Shown here: one piece after another, positions 52,286 to 60,848 of the stretch
How the letters are laid out: each line of letters starts with the position of its first letter
How positions within the stretch are numbered: the stretch's first letter is position 1
Virus record (IMG/VR): IMGVR_UViG_3300025915_000014
Coordinates: 18,522-82,521 of that record
Strand: one strand, 5' to 3'
From: a virus
Taxonomy: Duplodnaviria; Caudoviricetes
DNA length: 64,000 bases
Notes under the pieces: generated by a model
Seen by the model: the letters and a program-made list of their open reading frames with translations, nothing else
Databases searched by the model: none
Told to the model about the DNA's origin: nothing
Program-made: the position numbers and the translations under genes

Positions 52286-53283
52286 CGGGACAGCCTCTCC
52301 AGCTTGTCGGTGACGACCAGCGGGGTGCCCGCCGGTCCACGAATGTGCGCGCCGATGGTCCGCTTCTCGGGGTGCAGCAACCCGTCCTCCCCCTTGCACC
52401 AGTAGGTGCGGCGGTGCTGCTTGACGGGCACCCGGTGATCCAACGGGGTGCCGGTGCCGGGGTGCCGGACGGGTTCGGCCGGGCGCCGCAGCGTGATCAC
52501 GGTGATGTCGCCCTGCATGTGCTGGCGCCGCGCCCACCGCCCGGTACCCCGGTCCGGGTAGGCGATCTCCTGATCGGTGGCGCCGCGCACGTGCACGGTC
52601 TCGGTGAGCAGCTGCCACACCGCGACGTGCATGCGGCGCGGGTTGGACACCGTCCCGATGACGGGCGGGTCCGCCCCGTACTTGTCCTCCAGTTGCTGGC
52701 GCTCCTGCGGGTAGGTCGGGCGGTCCACATCCCCCAGGCGTTGATCATGGTGCAGGAAGATGGAGTGCACCGGCCACCACCGGCCCAACACCGACGCCTT
52801 GTCCGGGTACTCGCGCAGCGTGATCCGGGAGACCTCGTCCGGTTCGCGGCGCACGTCGTTCCAGGTGGTGCACAGCCAACCGCCGCGCCGGACCCCGGTC
52901 CGGGGGTCGCGGCTGAGCGCGCGCCCCCAGGTGAGGGCGTGGCAGAGCTGGATGCGGCCGCGGATCTCCGGGACCGTGAGCGGGGTCTCGAACAGCACGA
53001 ACCCGGACGGGTGCGGTGGCTCCACATCGGTCGGGCAGTGCAGCAGTGGCGGCAGCCGCTCGGTGTCCTGGATGCGGTACGCGACCGCCGCCGTCATGTG
53101 CGCCGTGATCAGGTAGGCGCGGCCGAAGCGGACGTGCGCCATGCACAGTTGGCTGACGTGGTCCCGCTCGTCGGCGGAGACCACGTCCTGCTCCACGGCG
53201 GTGGCTTGGAGCTGGACCCCGGCGGGCCCGGCCAGCTCGTCCAGCAACGACGCCTGGAGGCGCAGCACCTCCGCGGGCCTCAT
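52282..53283 (-). CDS. Hypothetical phage protein
   Basis: 333 aa; ends VKQHRRTYW..HIRGPAGTP. Confidence 0.65.
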   Translation of the reverse strand: MRPAEVLRLQASLLDELAGPAGVQLQATAVEQDVVSADERDHVSQLCMAHVRFGRAYLITAHMTAAVAYRIQDTERLPPLLHCPTDVEPPHPSGFVLFETPLTVPEIRGRIQLCHALTWGRALSRDPRTGVRRGGWLCTTWNDVRREPDEVSRITLREYPDKASVLGRWWPVHSIFLHHDQRLGDVDRPTYPQERQQLEDKYGADPPVIGTVSNPRRMHVAVWQLLTETVHVRGATDQEIAYPDRGTGRWARRQHMQGDITVITLRRPAEPVRHPGTGTPLDHRVPVKQHRRTYWCKGEDGLLHPEKRTIGAHIRGPAGTPLVVTDKLERLSR

Positions 53284-53486
53284 GACCGGCCCCCCTCGAC
53301 AAGCCGCACCGGCAGGCCGGGGTACCACCGCATGGCCCGCAGGTCGCCGCGGGCCAGCCCGGTCAGGCACCAGCAGACGGGCTCATGGCAGCCCAACCCG
53401 TCGTCGTCGATCACCTGCATCATCAGGCGAGAGAGGCCGTGCTCGGCGTCGGGCAGCGGGTCGCCCGGCTTCCAGGCGTCCGTCAT
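53280..53486 (-). CDS. Hypothetical protein
   Basis: ATGA overlap. Confidence 0.5.
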   Translation of the reverse strand: MTDAWKPGDPLPDAEHGLSRLMMQVIDDDGLGCHEPVCWCLTGLARGDLRAMRWYPGLPVRLVEGGRS

Positions 53487-53791
53487 GACGGGCCCCCGCT
53501 CTGTGCGTCGTGGATCAGCTCGGCGTCCGCGACCCGCACCACGACCCGCCCGCGCCAGTGCGACGGGGTGCCGTAGACCGCGCGGAGCGCCATCTCGGCG
53601 TCGTGCTTGGTGCGCCACACCTGCGGGCCGGGATGGGCGAGCCCGCCGTAGGTGGTGCCCCAGCCCTGATCCGGGCCGAACCACCAGGAGGTGAGCGCCC
53701 GCCCGGACGGGGCGACGTAGGTGTGCGCGACCACCCAGCCCTTGGCGCCCCGGTAGTAGGCCACCCCGCCGTACCGCGACGGCTTGGTCAT
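53483..53791 (-). CDS. Hypothetical protein
   Basis: ATGA overlap. Confidence 0.5.
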   Translation of the reverse strand: MTKPSRYGGVAYYRGAKGWVVAHTYVAPSGRALTSWWFGPDQGWGTTYGGLAHPGPQVWRTKHDAEMALRAVYGTPSHWRGRVVVRVADAELIHDAQSGGPS

Positions 53792-53964
53792 GACGTCCAC
53801 CGCCGGGCGCGCTGCTCGGCCGCGATGACCTCGGACAGGTCGTCGACGGCGTCGGCGAGGTCGCTCAGCTCGCCGTCGAGCATGTCCCGCAGGATCGCCC
53901 GCGCGGCGGGCTTGTCGTCGGACATCACGGCGAGCAGCGCGTTGGTCTCCACGAACTGGGTCAT
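53788..53964 (-). CDS. Hypothetical protein
   Basis: 58 aa, ATGA overlaps both sides. Confidence 0.5.
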   Translation of the reverse strand: MTQFVETNALLAVMSDDKPAARAILRDMLDGELSDLADAVDDLSEVIAAEQRARRWTS

Positions 53965-54149
53965 GACCCGCCCCCGTGGGTGCGGATGCTGTCGATCGAC
54001 ACCCAGGATGTGACCACGATGCGCACGTAGTACATCCCGTCCAGGTTCGGGCCGCGGACGATCTCCACGGTCTGCCCGGAGACCGGGCCCAAGTCCTCGT
54101 CGTACTTGATCTGCACCCGATCCCCCGGGCGGTAGGCAGGCTCAGACAT
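53961..54149 (-). CDS. Small SH3-like protein
   Basis: YRPGDRVQI..TVEIV..YYVRI. Confidence 0.5.
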   Translation of the reverse strand: MSEPAYRPGDRVQIKYDEDLGPVSGQTVEIVRGPNLDGMYYVRIVVTSWVSIDSIRTHGGGS

Positions 54150-54606
54150 CACGCGCCTCCTCGGGGAGGGCGAAGAACGCGGACGGGCGGGCCCGCCGCA
54201 CCTCCGCCACACCGTGCCGCTCCCGGGCCCGCGCCAGCTCCCGCGGGTGGATGTACGCCACCCGGATACCGGCGTAGCCGGTGGTCTCGACGACCCCGGC
54301 CGCCCACACCCGCGCCGACAGGCTGAACAGCACCTCGGTACCGCGGGCCGGGTTCTCCAGCCGCTCGGTGGTCGCCGAGCGCGGCGCGCCCTGGTGGCTG
54401 TAGGCGTCGCAGAGCCGGGCGAGCCGCCCCCGGTCGGCGAGCTGGGTGGTGATGGTCGGCGGGGTGTAGTCGCCGCGGCGGGAGGCCGGGACGACGGGGA
54501 TGAGGGTTGGGTTGGGCGGCGGCGTGCAGAGGTGGCAGTAGTAGACGGGTCCGATGTGCCACACCCCGTCCGGGGTGTGGTGCTCGCTGGTGCGTGGGGC
54601 GGTCAT
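54142..54606 (-). CDS. Hypothetical protein
   Basis: 154 aa in operon. Confidence 0.5.
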   Translation of the reverse strand: MTAPRTSEHHTPDGVWHIGPVYYCHLCTPPPNPTLIPVVPASRRGDYTPPTITTQLADRGRLARLCDAYSHQGAPRSATTERLENPARGTEVLFSLSARVWAAGVVETTGYAGIRVAYIHPRELARARERHGVAEVRRARPSAFFALPEEARDV

Positions 54607-54821
54607 CGGACGGTCCAGCCGTTGTCGTAGTCGTGCAGGTTCATCGGGAACCGGTAGCCGCGCCGCTGCCCGCCCATCTGGTGCATCAGGGCGTAGCGGA
54701 CCGGGACGCCGGTCTCGTCCTTCACCTCGGAGATGTTGATGATGCGAAGCCACTCGGGGCGGCCCTCGTTGGTGCGGAGCACGTCGCCGGGCTCCAGCTC
54801 GGCCAGCCGCTTGATTGTCAT
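54603..54821 (-). CDS. Hypothetical protein
   Basis: ELEPGDVL; RBS AGGA. Confidence 0.55.
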   Translation of the reverse strand: MTIKRLAELEPGDVLRTNEGRPEWLRIINISEVKDETGVPVRYALMHQMGGQRRGYRFPMNLHDYDNGWTVR

Positions 54822-54851
54822 GACGGGTCCTTCTGCGTGGTGGGTTGTGGA

Positions 54852-55265
54852 TCAGGCGTGCACGTTGCGGTGGATCTTGCAGGTGGCGCAGCGGCGGCCG
54901 GGCCCGGTGAAGCCGGTGCAGGCGGGCAGCTCGGGGGCGGCGGCGCGCTCGACGAGCGCGGGGTCGATGTAGACCGTGTCTCCGCCGGTGGCGGTGATCG
55001 CTACCCGCAGGTAGGCGCGGCGGAAGCGGCGGCCGTGGCCGTAGCCGAACTCGGCGATGCGCTCGAAGGTGCCGCGGTGCTCGCCGTCGTCGGCGAGGTA
55101 GGTCAGGTCCGCCCCCCGCGCGATGCCGGGCAGCCCGGCTTCGGCGGTGAGGTGGATGCGGCGCTCGGTGGCGGCCTCGGCGGCGGCGGCGAGGTCGAGT
55201 TCGACCAGGGCGGCGATGCGGCTGCGGCGGTCGGTGCCGTCGATTGTCCAGCGGGCGGAAGTCAT
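54852..55265 (-). CDS. Hypothetical protein with C-terminal Cys cluster, leaderless
   Basis: CTGF..CATC..H; ATG 6 nt after CATACT. Confidence 0.65.
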   Translation of the reverse strand: MTSARWTIDGTDRRSRIAALVELDLAAAAEAATERRIHLTAEAGLPGIARGADLTYLADDGEHRGTFERIAEFGYGHGRRFRRAYLRVAITATGGDTVYIDPALVERAAAPELPACTGFTGPGRRCATCKIHRNVHA

Positions 55266-55271
55266 ACTCCC

Positions 55272-55300
55272 AGTATGCGCGCCCGGCGCGCGTGGTGCAA
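55272..55300 (-). promoter_or_regulatory. Promoter with operator (55277-55291)
   Basis: TTGCAC-17nt-CATACT-6nt-ATG. Confidence 0.8.
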
Positions 55301-55305
55301 GCCGG

Positions 55306-55818
55306 TTAGGCGTCGGGGTCCTTGCGGTGCCGCCGCTTGATCTTCCGCTGGACGTGCTCCTCCAGAGCGGCCCGCTCCTCCAGCTCGGCCTCCGCATCCG
55401 CCTTCGCGATCGCATCCGCGCGGCGCTGCTCGACCTGCTCCAGCCACACCCCCTTGGCGTCCCGCTGGCGGCCCCCGGTCTCCAGTAGCACCCCGCCGCC
55501 GTACTGCACCGACCGGGAGAGCACTTCCTTGGTCCGCCAGTCGAGCACCTCGTAGCGCCAGCGGGTGCAGTCACACCAGTAGTGCACCTCCCGCGCGTCC
55601 ACCCCCGTGCCCCAGTTGCTGGCGGCCGGGACGACGACCGGATCGTTGAGCAGGAACCCGAGATGCCGCCCGCCCGCGGCGCACAGCAGCGCCCACGGCG
55701 TCATGTCCTCGTAGCTCTTGACCCGCACCGTGGGCGTGTGCGCGAGGATCGCCTGCCCGCGCTGCTCGATGGCGGTGACGGGGCGGGCTGATCCGGCGGG
55801 CTTGTTCGCTCCGGTCAA
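55306..55818 (-). CDS. Hypothetical protein downstream of whiB
   Basis: TTG start after GAGAGGG; C..H..CDC; charged C-terminus. Confidence 0.55.
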   Translation of the reverse strand: MTGANKPAGSARPVTAIEQRGQAILAHTPTVRVKSYEDMTPWALLCAAGGRHLGFLLNDPVVVPAASNWGTGVDAREVHYWCDCTRWRYEVLDWRTKEVLSRSVQYGGGVLLETGGRQRDAKGVWLEQVEQRRADAIAKADAEAELEERAALEEHVQRKIKRRHRKDPDA

Positions 55819-55870
55819 CGAAGCACCCTCTCTTGTGGTTGGGACGGGCCCGCCCCGGCGTAAACCGGGT

Positions 55871-56122
55871 TTACGCGGTGCGGGCCCTGGTGCGGGCGTT
55901 GCGGCGCTTGAGGGCGCGGCGCTCGTCCTCGGCCATGCCGCCCCACACACCCGCGTCCTGCCCCGTCTCCAGGGCGAACGTCAGGCACTCGGAGACGACC
56001 GGGCAGCGACGGCAGACCGTCTTCGCCTCGGCGATCTGCTCCAGCGCCGGGCCGGACGTGCCGACCGGGAAGAAGAGCTCCGGGTCCTCATCGCGGCAGA
56101 GCGCGCGGTGACGCCAGTCCAT
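55871..56122 (-). CDS. whiB1: WhiB1/WblE-like Fe-S transcription factor
   Basis: MDWRHRALCRDEDPELFFPVG..CRRCPV..C..GVWGG..ERRALKRR; 4 Cys; RBS GGGAGG. Confidence 0.93.
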   Translation of the reverse strand: MDWRHRALCRDEDPELFFPVGTSGPALEQIAEAKTVCRRCPVVSECLTFALETGQDAGVWGGMAEDERRALKRRNARTRARTA

Positions 56123-56174
56123 GATGGGCCTCCCTTGGTGGGCGGGGTTAGCGGTTTACGTGGTGGGAGTGCCA

Positions 56175-56203
56175 ACGGTACGCGCCCGGCGCGCATAGCG
56201 CCA
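56175..56203 (-). promoter_or_regulatory. whiB promoter with operator (56180-56194)
   Basis: TGGCGC-17nt-TACCGT; spacer carries GCGCGCCGGGCGCG. Confidence 0.7.
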
Positions 56204-56207
56204 GGGT

Positions 56208-56834
56208 TTAGTCCTGGTGGTGTCGGCCGCGGTGCCGCCCCCCCGCCGTCGAGGTCGGATCCGACGACGCGGCCTCGGGCACCGCGGCATCGGGCGAGGT
56301 GAGTGTGGACTCGCCCGGGTCCGTCGTCGCGTCAGTTGTCGGCGTGTCCTCGGTGGACGTCGGGTCCGAGGTCGGCGCGGATGTCGGTACTGACGTCGGG
56401 GCTGACGTCAGTACCGACGACTGCGGCATCGACGACGGCGTCGGGAGCACCGCGGCCAACGGCGGCGCCACCACCACGGGCAGCGGGCGCACCCGCGGTG
56501 GCGTCGGAACCGCGCCCCCGTCACGCGGCACCGACGGCACCCCCCGCGCGGGCGCAGCACCGGTTGCGGCCGGGCGCGACCTCCGCGCGATCATCGTCCC
56601 CGGCGGCGGAATGGCGGCGGGCCGCGCCGGAGACACGGCAACCGTAGTCGCGGTGATCGGCGCCGCCGTCGCCGGATAGCCGTGCAGCCCCCGCCGCAAC
56701 GGCTCGAACATCGGCAGCGGCCCGACCACCGCCGATACCACCACGCCCAGGATCAGCACCAGCCCCGCGACGGCCGCGAGCGAAACCCGGATCAAGTCCC
56801 GGGGCAGCCCCAACGGCCCCTCCAACGTGTCCAT
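56208..56834 (-). CDS. Membrane-anchored Pro/Thr-rich protein
   Basis: One TM then low-complexity PT/ST tail. Confidence 0.55.
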   Translation of the reverse strand: MDTLEGPLGLPRDLIRVSLAAVAGLVLILGVVVSAVVGPLPMFEPLRRGLHGYPATAAPITATTVAVSPARPAAIPPPGTMIARRSRPAATGAAPARGVPSVPRDGGAVPTPPRVRPLPVVVAPPLAAVLPTPSSMPQSSVLTSAPTSVPTSAPTSDPTSTEDTPTTDATTDPGESTLTSPDAAVPEAASSDPTSTAGGRHRGRHHQD

Positions 56835-56921
56835 GCCCGCGCCCCCCGCCGCCCCGCTGTGTTCATCGTCGCCGCGGGCGCACGCGCTACCTACCGGGCT
56901 AAGGGGCTACCCTGCACGGTC

Positions 56922-57155
56922 ATGGCCGCCGTCATCGAAGTCACCGCCGCCGCGTACGTCGTGGCCGCGCTCGACGCGCTCGGAGACGCCGACCGGTACG
57001 GCGACGACACCTGCGCCCATCTGCGGGCCGCGCTCGCCCAGGACCCGATCGAGCCGGGCACCCTCGCCCGCGCCGCCCGCGTCGTCGACATCACGATCGC
57101 CAGCGCGCAACGCGCCAAGGCCCTGATCCGGGACGCGCAGCGGGAGGCCTGTTAG
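56922..57155 (+). CDS. Hypothetical helical protein
   Basis: TACCCT-8nt-ATG. Confidence 0.55.
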   Translation: MAAVIEVTAAAYVVAALDALGDADRYGDDTCAHLRAALAQDPIEPGTLARAARVVDITIASAQRAKALIRDAQREAC

Positions 57156-57214
57156 GTGACGTCGGTCACATTGTCCGGAATCCGGGTGGTTCCCGGGCCT
57201 TAGGAATGTGTGGC

Positions 57215-57394
57215 CTAGACGCGCCGCCACCACGGGATCCCCGCAGCCCGGTCGGCCTGCTCCGCCCGGCGCAGCCCGGCACGCTGCTGACGCCGCCACT
57301 TGCCGCCCTCACCCCGCGCCTCCGCGGCCCGCTCCTGGGCGCGCAGCGCCCGGTTCTCCGCGGCTGTCGCGTACCGCACCCGCCCCTTGGTCAT
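57215..57394 (-). CDS. Small basic protein
   Basis: 59 aa, ATGA overlap with upstream gene. Confidence 0.45.
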   Translation of the reverse strand: MTKGRVRYATAAENRALRAQERAAEARGEGGKWRRQQRAGLRRAEQADRAAGIPWWRRV

Positions 57395-57546
57395 CGCTGC
57401 CTCCGCTGTTCGCGCTTGCGTTTGCGTCCGGCGGCCAGCATCCGGCGGGCCTGCGCGGCCGGAACGTGGTTGTCAGGGCAGCCGCACGAGCGGCGCGTCT
57501 TGGTGGAGTCGTAGCCGCAGACCGGGCACTTGCCCCACAGCGTCAT
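57391..57546 (-). CDS. Small Zn-finger protein
   Basis: CPVC..CGC; start overlaps GntR stop. Confidence 0.5.
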   Translation of the reverse strand: MTLWGKCPVCGYDSTKTRRSCGCPDNHVPAAQARRMLAAGRKRKREQRRQR

Positions 57547-58418
57547 GGCGTCCACCCGTCCGTCAGGTGGGTCTCGAAGCGCAGCTTGAGCCCGGCCCCC
57601 AGGCGCACCACCACCGACGCCTCCAGCGGGCGCAGCCGTGCCGCCGTCACCATCTGGTGCGGGATCCGGTAGCCGGTGAAGATCCGCAGGATGTCCCATA
57701 CCGGGCCCGGCGTGGACAGCTCCAGCGCGTCCCGCTCGGCGACGGACGCTGTGCGGGTCGCCGCCTCCTCGATCACATCGGCGATGCGGTAGCCGATCGA
57801 GCGCAGCTCGCCCACGGTGCCGCACGGCCACGGCTGCATCGTCGGGTCCTCCACCGGGGTGCCGCGCACCAGGTCGTACGGCATCACCGAACGCTGCAAC
57901 TGCTTGGGCACCCCATCCACCAGCTTGACCATGTCCCGGATGAGCACGAGCGCGCCCTCCGGCAGGTCCAGCCGGGCCGCGTCCACCGCGTCCGCCTCCG
58001 CGACGGTGTAGACGGCGCGCACCCGGTACTGCCGCGCCCAGTCGGTGACGCCGTGCTCCTCGGCGAACGCCGACCACAGCGGCGGCGGCGTCCCCTCCGG
58101 TAGCCGGTCCAGGAGATCCTGCGCTCGCTGGTAGCGGGCCGTAGACAGGTGCACCACCTCCACCGGGGGCGCCACCTTGGTCGCGTACCCGGCCGCCTTC
58201 ACCACCAGCCCTTCGTGCACCAGCTCGGCGAGCGCCGCGGTCACCACGTTCTTGCTCAGCCCGGCCTGCTCGGCGAGATCCGCCTCGGACGGCAACGCCT
58301 CATCCGGGCGCAGCTCCCCCGCCCCGATCGCCTCACGAATGATCATGGCGAGCTGTCGGTACAGCGCCGGACGCTCCGGATGCCGGGAGATCGAGCGCTC
58401 ATCGAGATGCAGCGGCAT
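57543..58418 (-). CDS. GntR-family repressor with UTRA-like domain (KorA/KorSA/TraR type)
   Basis: LYRQLAMIIREAIGAGELRPDEALPSEADLAEQAGLSKNVVTAALAELVHEGLV..G; divergent from FtsK operon. Confidence 0.88.
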   Translation of the reverse strand: MPLHLDERSISRHPERPALYRQLAMIIREAIGAGELRPDEALPSEADLAEQAGLSKNVVTAALAELVHEGLVVKAAGYATKVAPPVEVVHLSTARYQRAQDLLDRLPEGTPPPLWSAFAEEHGVTDWARQYRVRAVYTVAEADAVDAARLDLPEGALVLIRDMVKLVDGVPKQLQRSVMPYDLVRGTPVEDPTMQPWPCGTVGELRSIGYRIADVIEEAATRTASVAERDALELSTPGPVWDILRIFTGYRIPHQMVTAARLRPLEASVVVRLGAGLKLRFETHLTDGWTP

Positions 58419-58488
58419 GCACGGATCGTAGCCCTGCACCCCTAACGGGTTACCGGGCTAGGCCCATAGGCCTGTACCCTCCGACAGC

Positions 58489-58641
58489 ATGACCGCGACC
58501 GCCCCCCTGCTGGCGCTCGCCCTTGCGGGGGAGGCCGCCCCGTGTGCGCCCCGACGCGCCGCCTCCCCCGCGCCCCGTCCGTCTGCTCCCACCACACCGA
58601 CGGCGTGCCCGGCCCCGACCGGCGCGCCGCCGGGCCCGTGA
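58489..58641 (+). CDS. Possible 50-aa Pro/Ala-rich first gene of transfer operon
   Basis: TACCCT-8nt-ATG. Confidence 0.35.
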   Translation: MTATAPLLALALAGEAAPCAPRRAASPAPRPSAPTTPTACPAPTGAPPGP

Positions 58642-58653
58642 CGGGAGCCGGTG

Positions 58654-59133
58654 GTGAGCCGCCGCCGCCACTCCCCGGGGGCCGACCTCGGGGTCGGGCT
58701 GGCGCTGTTGCTGGGCGGGATCGGGTTCCTGTTGGTGGGGCTGTTTAACGGGTGGGGTCCGGCGTGGCACTTCGTGGGTGGGGTGGCGGCGATGACCGGG
58801 GCCGGGCGGTCGTATCGGGCGGGTCGGCGGGTGCAGGAGCGGCGGCGGCGGAGCGGGCCCAAGCCGGTGCCGCGCAGCCATCGGTGGTCGGAGGCGTTGC
58901 CGTGGGCGTCGGAAATGTATGGGACCCCCCGGACGAGGCGGACCGGGCAGGGCGGGTCGTCGTCGGGTCCGCCGTGTAGCGCGGCGTGCCGTGCCTCGAC
59001 CGCGCCGCGGTCGTCGTGTAAGTGCTCATGCGGGGGGGCGACGCACGGCACCGCGGCGCGGAACGGGGGGACGCGCACCAACGGCTCGGGGAACGGGTCG
59101 GGGACGCGCACCAAGCGGAAGCCGCCGCCGTGA
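58654..59133 (+). CDS. Two-TM protein with C-terminal CxxxC..CxCxCGGxxHG motif
   Basis: Hydrophobic N-terminus; CSAACRASTAPRSSCKCSCGGATHG; stop overlaps FtsK start. Confidence 0.65.
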   Translation: MSRRRHSPGADLGVGLALLLGGIGFLLVGLFNGWGPAWHFVGGVAAMTGAGRSYRAGRRVQERRRRSGPKPVPRSHRWSEALPWASEMYGTPRTRRTGQGGSSSGPPCSAACRASTAPRSSCKCSCGGATHGTAARNGGTRTNGSGNGSGTRTKRKPPP

Positions 59134-60848
59134 TCGCCGTGCTGATCGTGCTCGTGCTGCGGTTCGTGTCCGGCCGCGAGCTCGACGGGCATCGCCGCAC
59201 CAACTCCACCTGGCGGTTGCCCGCGGGCGGGCCGCAGGCGGTGCTGGTCCGCGGCGGGCGGACGTCGTGGTGGGTGCATCAGTCGCTGCGCTACCGGGCC
59301 GGGGTCCGGCTCGGCGTCACGTCGGTGGTGTTCGGGTTCGGGTGGGGCATGCTGCACGACCCCGCGGCGACCACGCTGATCTCCCAGGTGGCGGTCGGGG
59401 TGGCGGTGATGGCCGGGCTGCGGACGCTGGCCTACCGGGTTGCGGAACGGGCGCAGCATCGGCGGCTGGCGCGGCTGCACCGCGCGCTGGCCCCGCAGGT
59501 CGGGTGGCCGGTCGCCGGGCGCCGCCCGGGGTCGTGGCTGAAGGTGCCGTGGGACTTCCTCGACGACCCGGACGCGCAGATCACCGTGAAGCTGCCCGCC
59601 GGGTACATCCACGCCGGGAAGAAGGCGGAGGAGGTGGAGCGAACCGTCGCCGCCGTGTTGGGGCTGCCCGACCCGGAGTTCGCCGATGACTACGAGCGCC
59701 GCTCCCCGCTGCTCATCGTCGGGCGGGCGTCGCCGCCGCCGCTGCTGCTGCCCTTGAGCGAGGTAGGTGGGTTGCTGGGGGAGACCGCCGACGGGGTGCC
59801 GCTGCTCGGGGTGGCCGCCCGGGATGAGCCGGTGACGGTGAACCTCGACTCGGAGTCCCCGCATGTGGCGATCTCCGCGGGCACCGGGGGCGGTAAGTCG
59901 GTGCTGATGATGAGCATGGCGGCGCAGGAGTTGCGCCGCGGCGCCCATCTGCTGATCTTCGACATCAAGCGGACGAGCCATTTGTGGGCGGCCGGGTTGC
60001 CCGGAGTCTTGTACTGCCGCACCCCGGAGCAGATCCACAACGCGTTGATGGCGTTGAGCGATGAGGTGGATCGCCGGTACGCGCTGATCGAGGCGGCGGC
60101 GGACCTGTCGGGCACGGTGGATCCGTTGATCGTGGGGCCGCGGTTGTTGATCCTCGGCGAGGAGCTGAACGCGACCATGCAGGCGCTGCACTCCTACTGG
60201 ATGCAGATCCGGCCGAAGGGGGCGCCGGGGCAGTCCCCGGCGTTGCTGGCGTGGGGGAAGTTGCTCTACATGGGCCGGGCCGGGCGGATGCACGTGCTCG
60301 GGGTGGCGCAGCGGTTGTCGGCGCGGGCCGGGGGCGGTGGGGACGCGCGCGAGAACTTCGGCACCCGGATTCTGGCGCGGGCGACGGCGTCGTCGTGGCG
60401 GATGCTGGCCCCGGAGATCCTGCCGCCGCCGCCGCCGTCGCAGATCCCGGGTCGGTTGCATGTGGTGGCGTCCGGGGCGGCGACGGAGACGCAGGCGATC
60501 CTGTGGACCCCGGCGGAGGCGCGGGCGTGGGCGTGCCCGGTCTGGTCGGAGGATGGGACCGAACCTAGGACGGAACCGGGGACAACGACCCGGGACAGCG
60601 CGCGTGAGCAGGCGATTCTCTACGGTGTCCCGACCCGGCTGGCGTTGCCCGCCGCGGCGGTCCTGGTGACGTTGCGGGAGGCGGCCCGCGATGGCGGGTT
60701 GTCGCACTCGTTCACCGTGGAGGCGTTGCGGAAGCGCGCCCAGCGGGATCCGGGGTTCCCGCCGAAGCGCGGCACCCGGTGGGGGCGCGGCGGCGCCTCA
60801 AACGTCTACGACGTGGCGGAGCTGCGGGCGTGGGCGGCGGCGCTGTGA
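59130..60848 (+). CDS. TraB/Tra-like FtsK/SpoIIIE DNA translocase
   Basis: N-terminal TMs; Walker A AGTGGGKS; LILGEELN; GRAGRMHVLGVAQRL; RENFGTRIL; C-terminal wHTH-like ALRKRAQRDPGFP..YDVAELRAW. Confidence 0.85.
   Translation: MIAVLIVLVLRFVSGRELDGHRRTNSTWRLPAGGPQAVLVRGGRTSWWVHQSLRYRAGVRLGVTSVVFGFGWGMLHDPAATTLISQVAVGVAVMAGLRTLAYRVAERAQHRRLARLHRALAPQVGWPVAGRRPGSWLKVPWDFLDDPDAQITVKLPAGYIHAGKKAEEVERTVAAVLGLPDPEFADDYERRSPLLIVGRASPPPLLLPLSEVGGLLGETADGVPLLGVAARDEPVTVNLDSESPHVAISAGTGGGKSVLMMSMAAQELRRGAHLLIFDIKRTSHLWAAGLPGVLYCRTPEQIHNALMALSDEVDRRYALIEAAADLSGTVDPLIVGPRLLILGEELNATMQALHSYWMQIRPKGAPGQSPALLAWGKLLYMGRAGRMHVLGVAQRLSARAGGGGDARENFGTRILARATASSWRMLAPEILPPPPPSQIPGRLHVVASGAATETQAILWTPAEARAWACPVWSEDGTEPRTEPGTTTRDSAREQAILYGVPTRLALPAAAVLVTLREAARDGGLSHSFTVEALRKRAQRDPGFPPKRGTRWGRGGASNVYDVAELRAWAAAL

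Noticed and set aside
59130-60848. Type VII secretion EccC or chromosomal FtsK assignment
   Set aside because: Single ATPase domain, short TM region, divergent GntR and small membrane neighbours fit plasmid Tra better; no WXG100 or ecc genes
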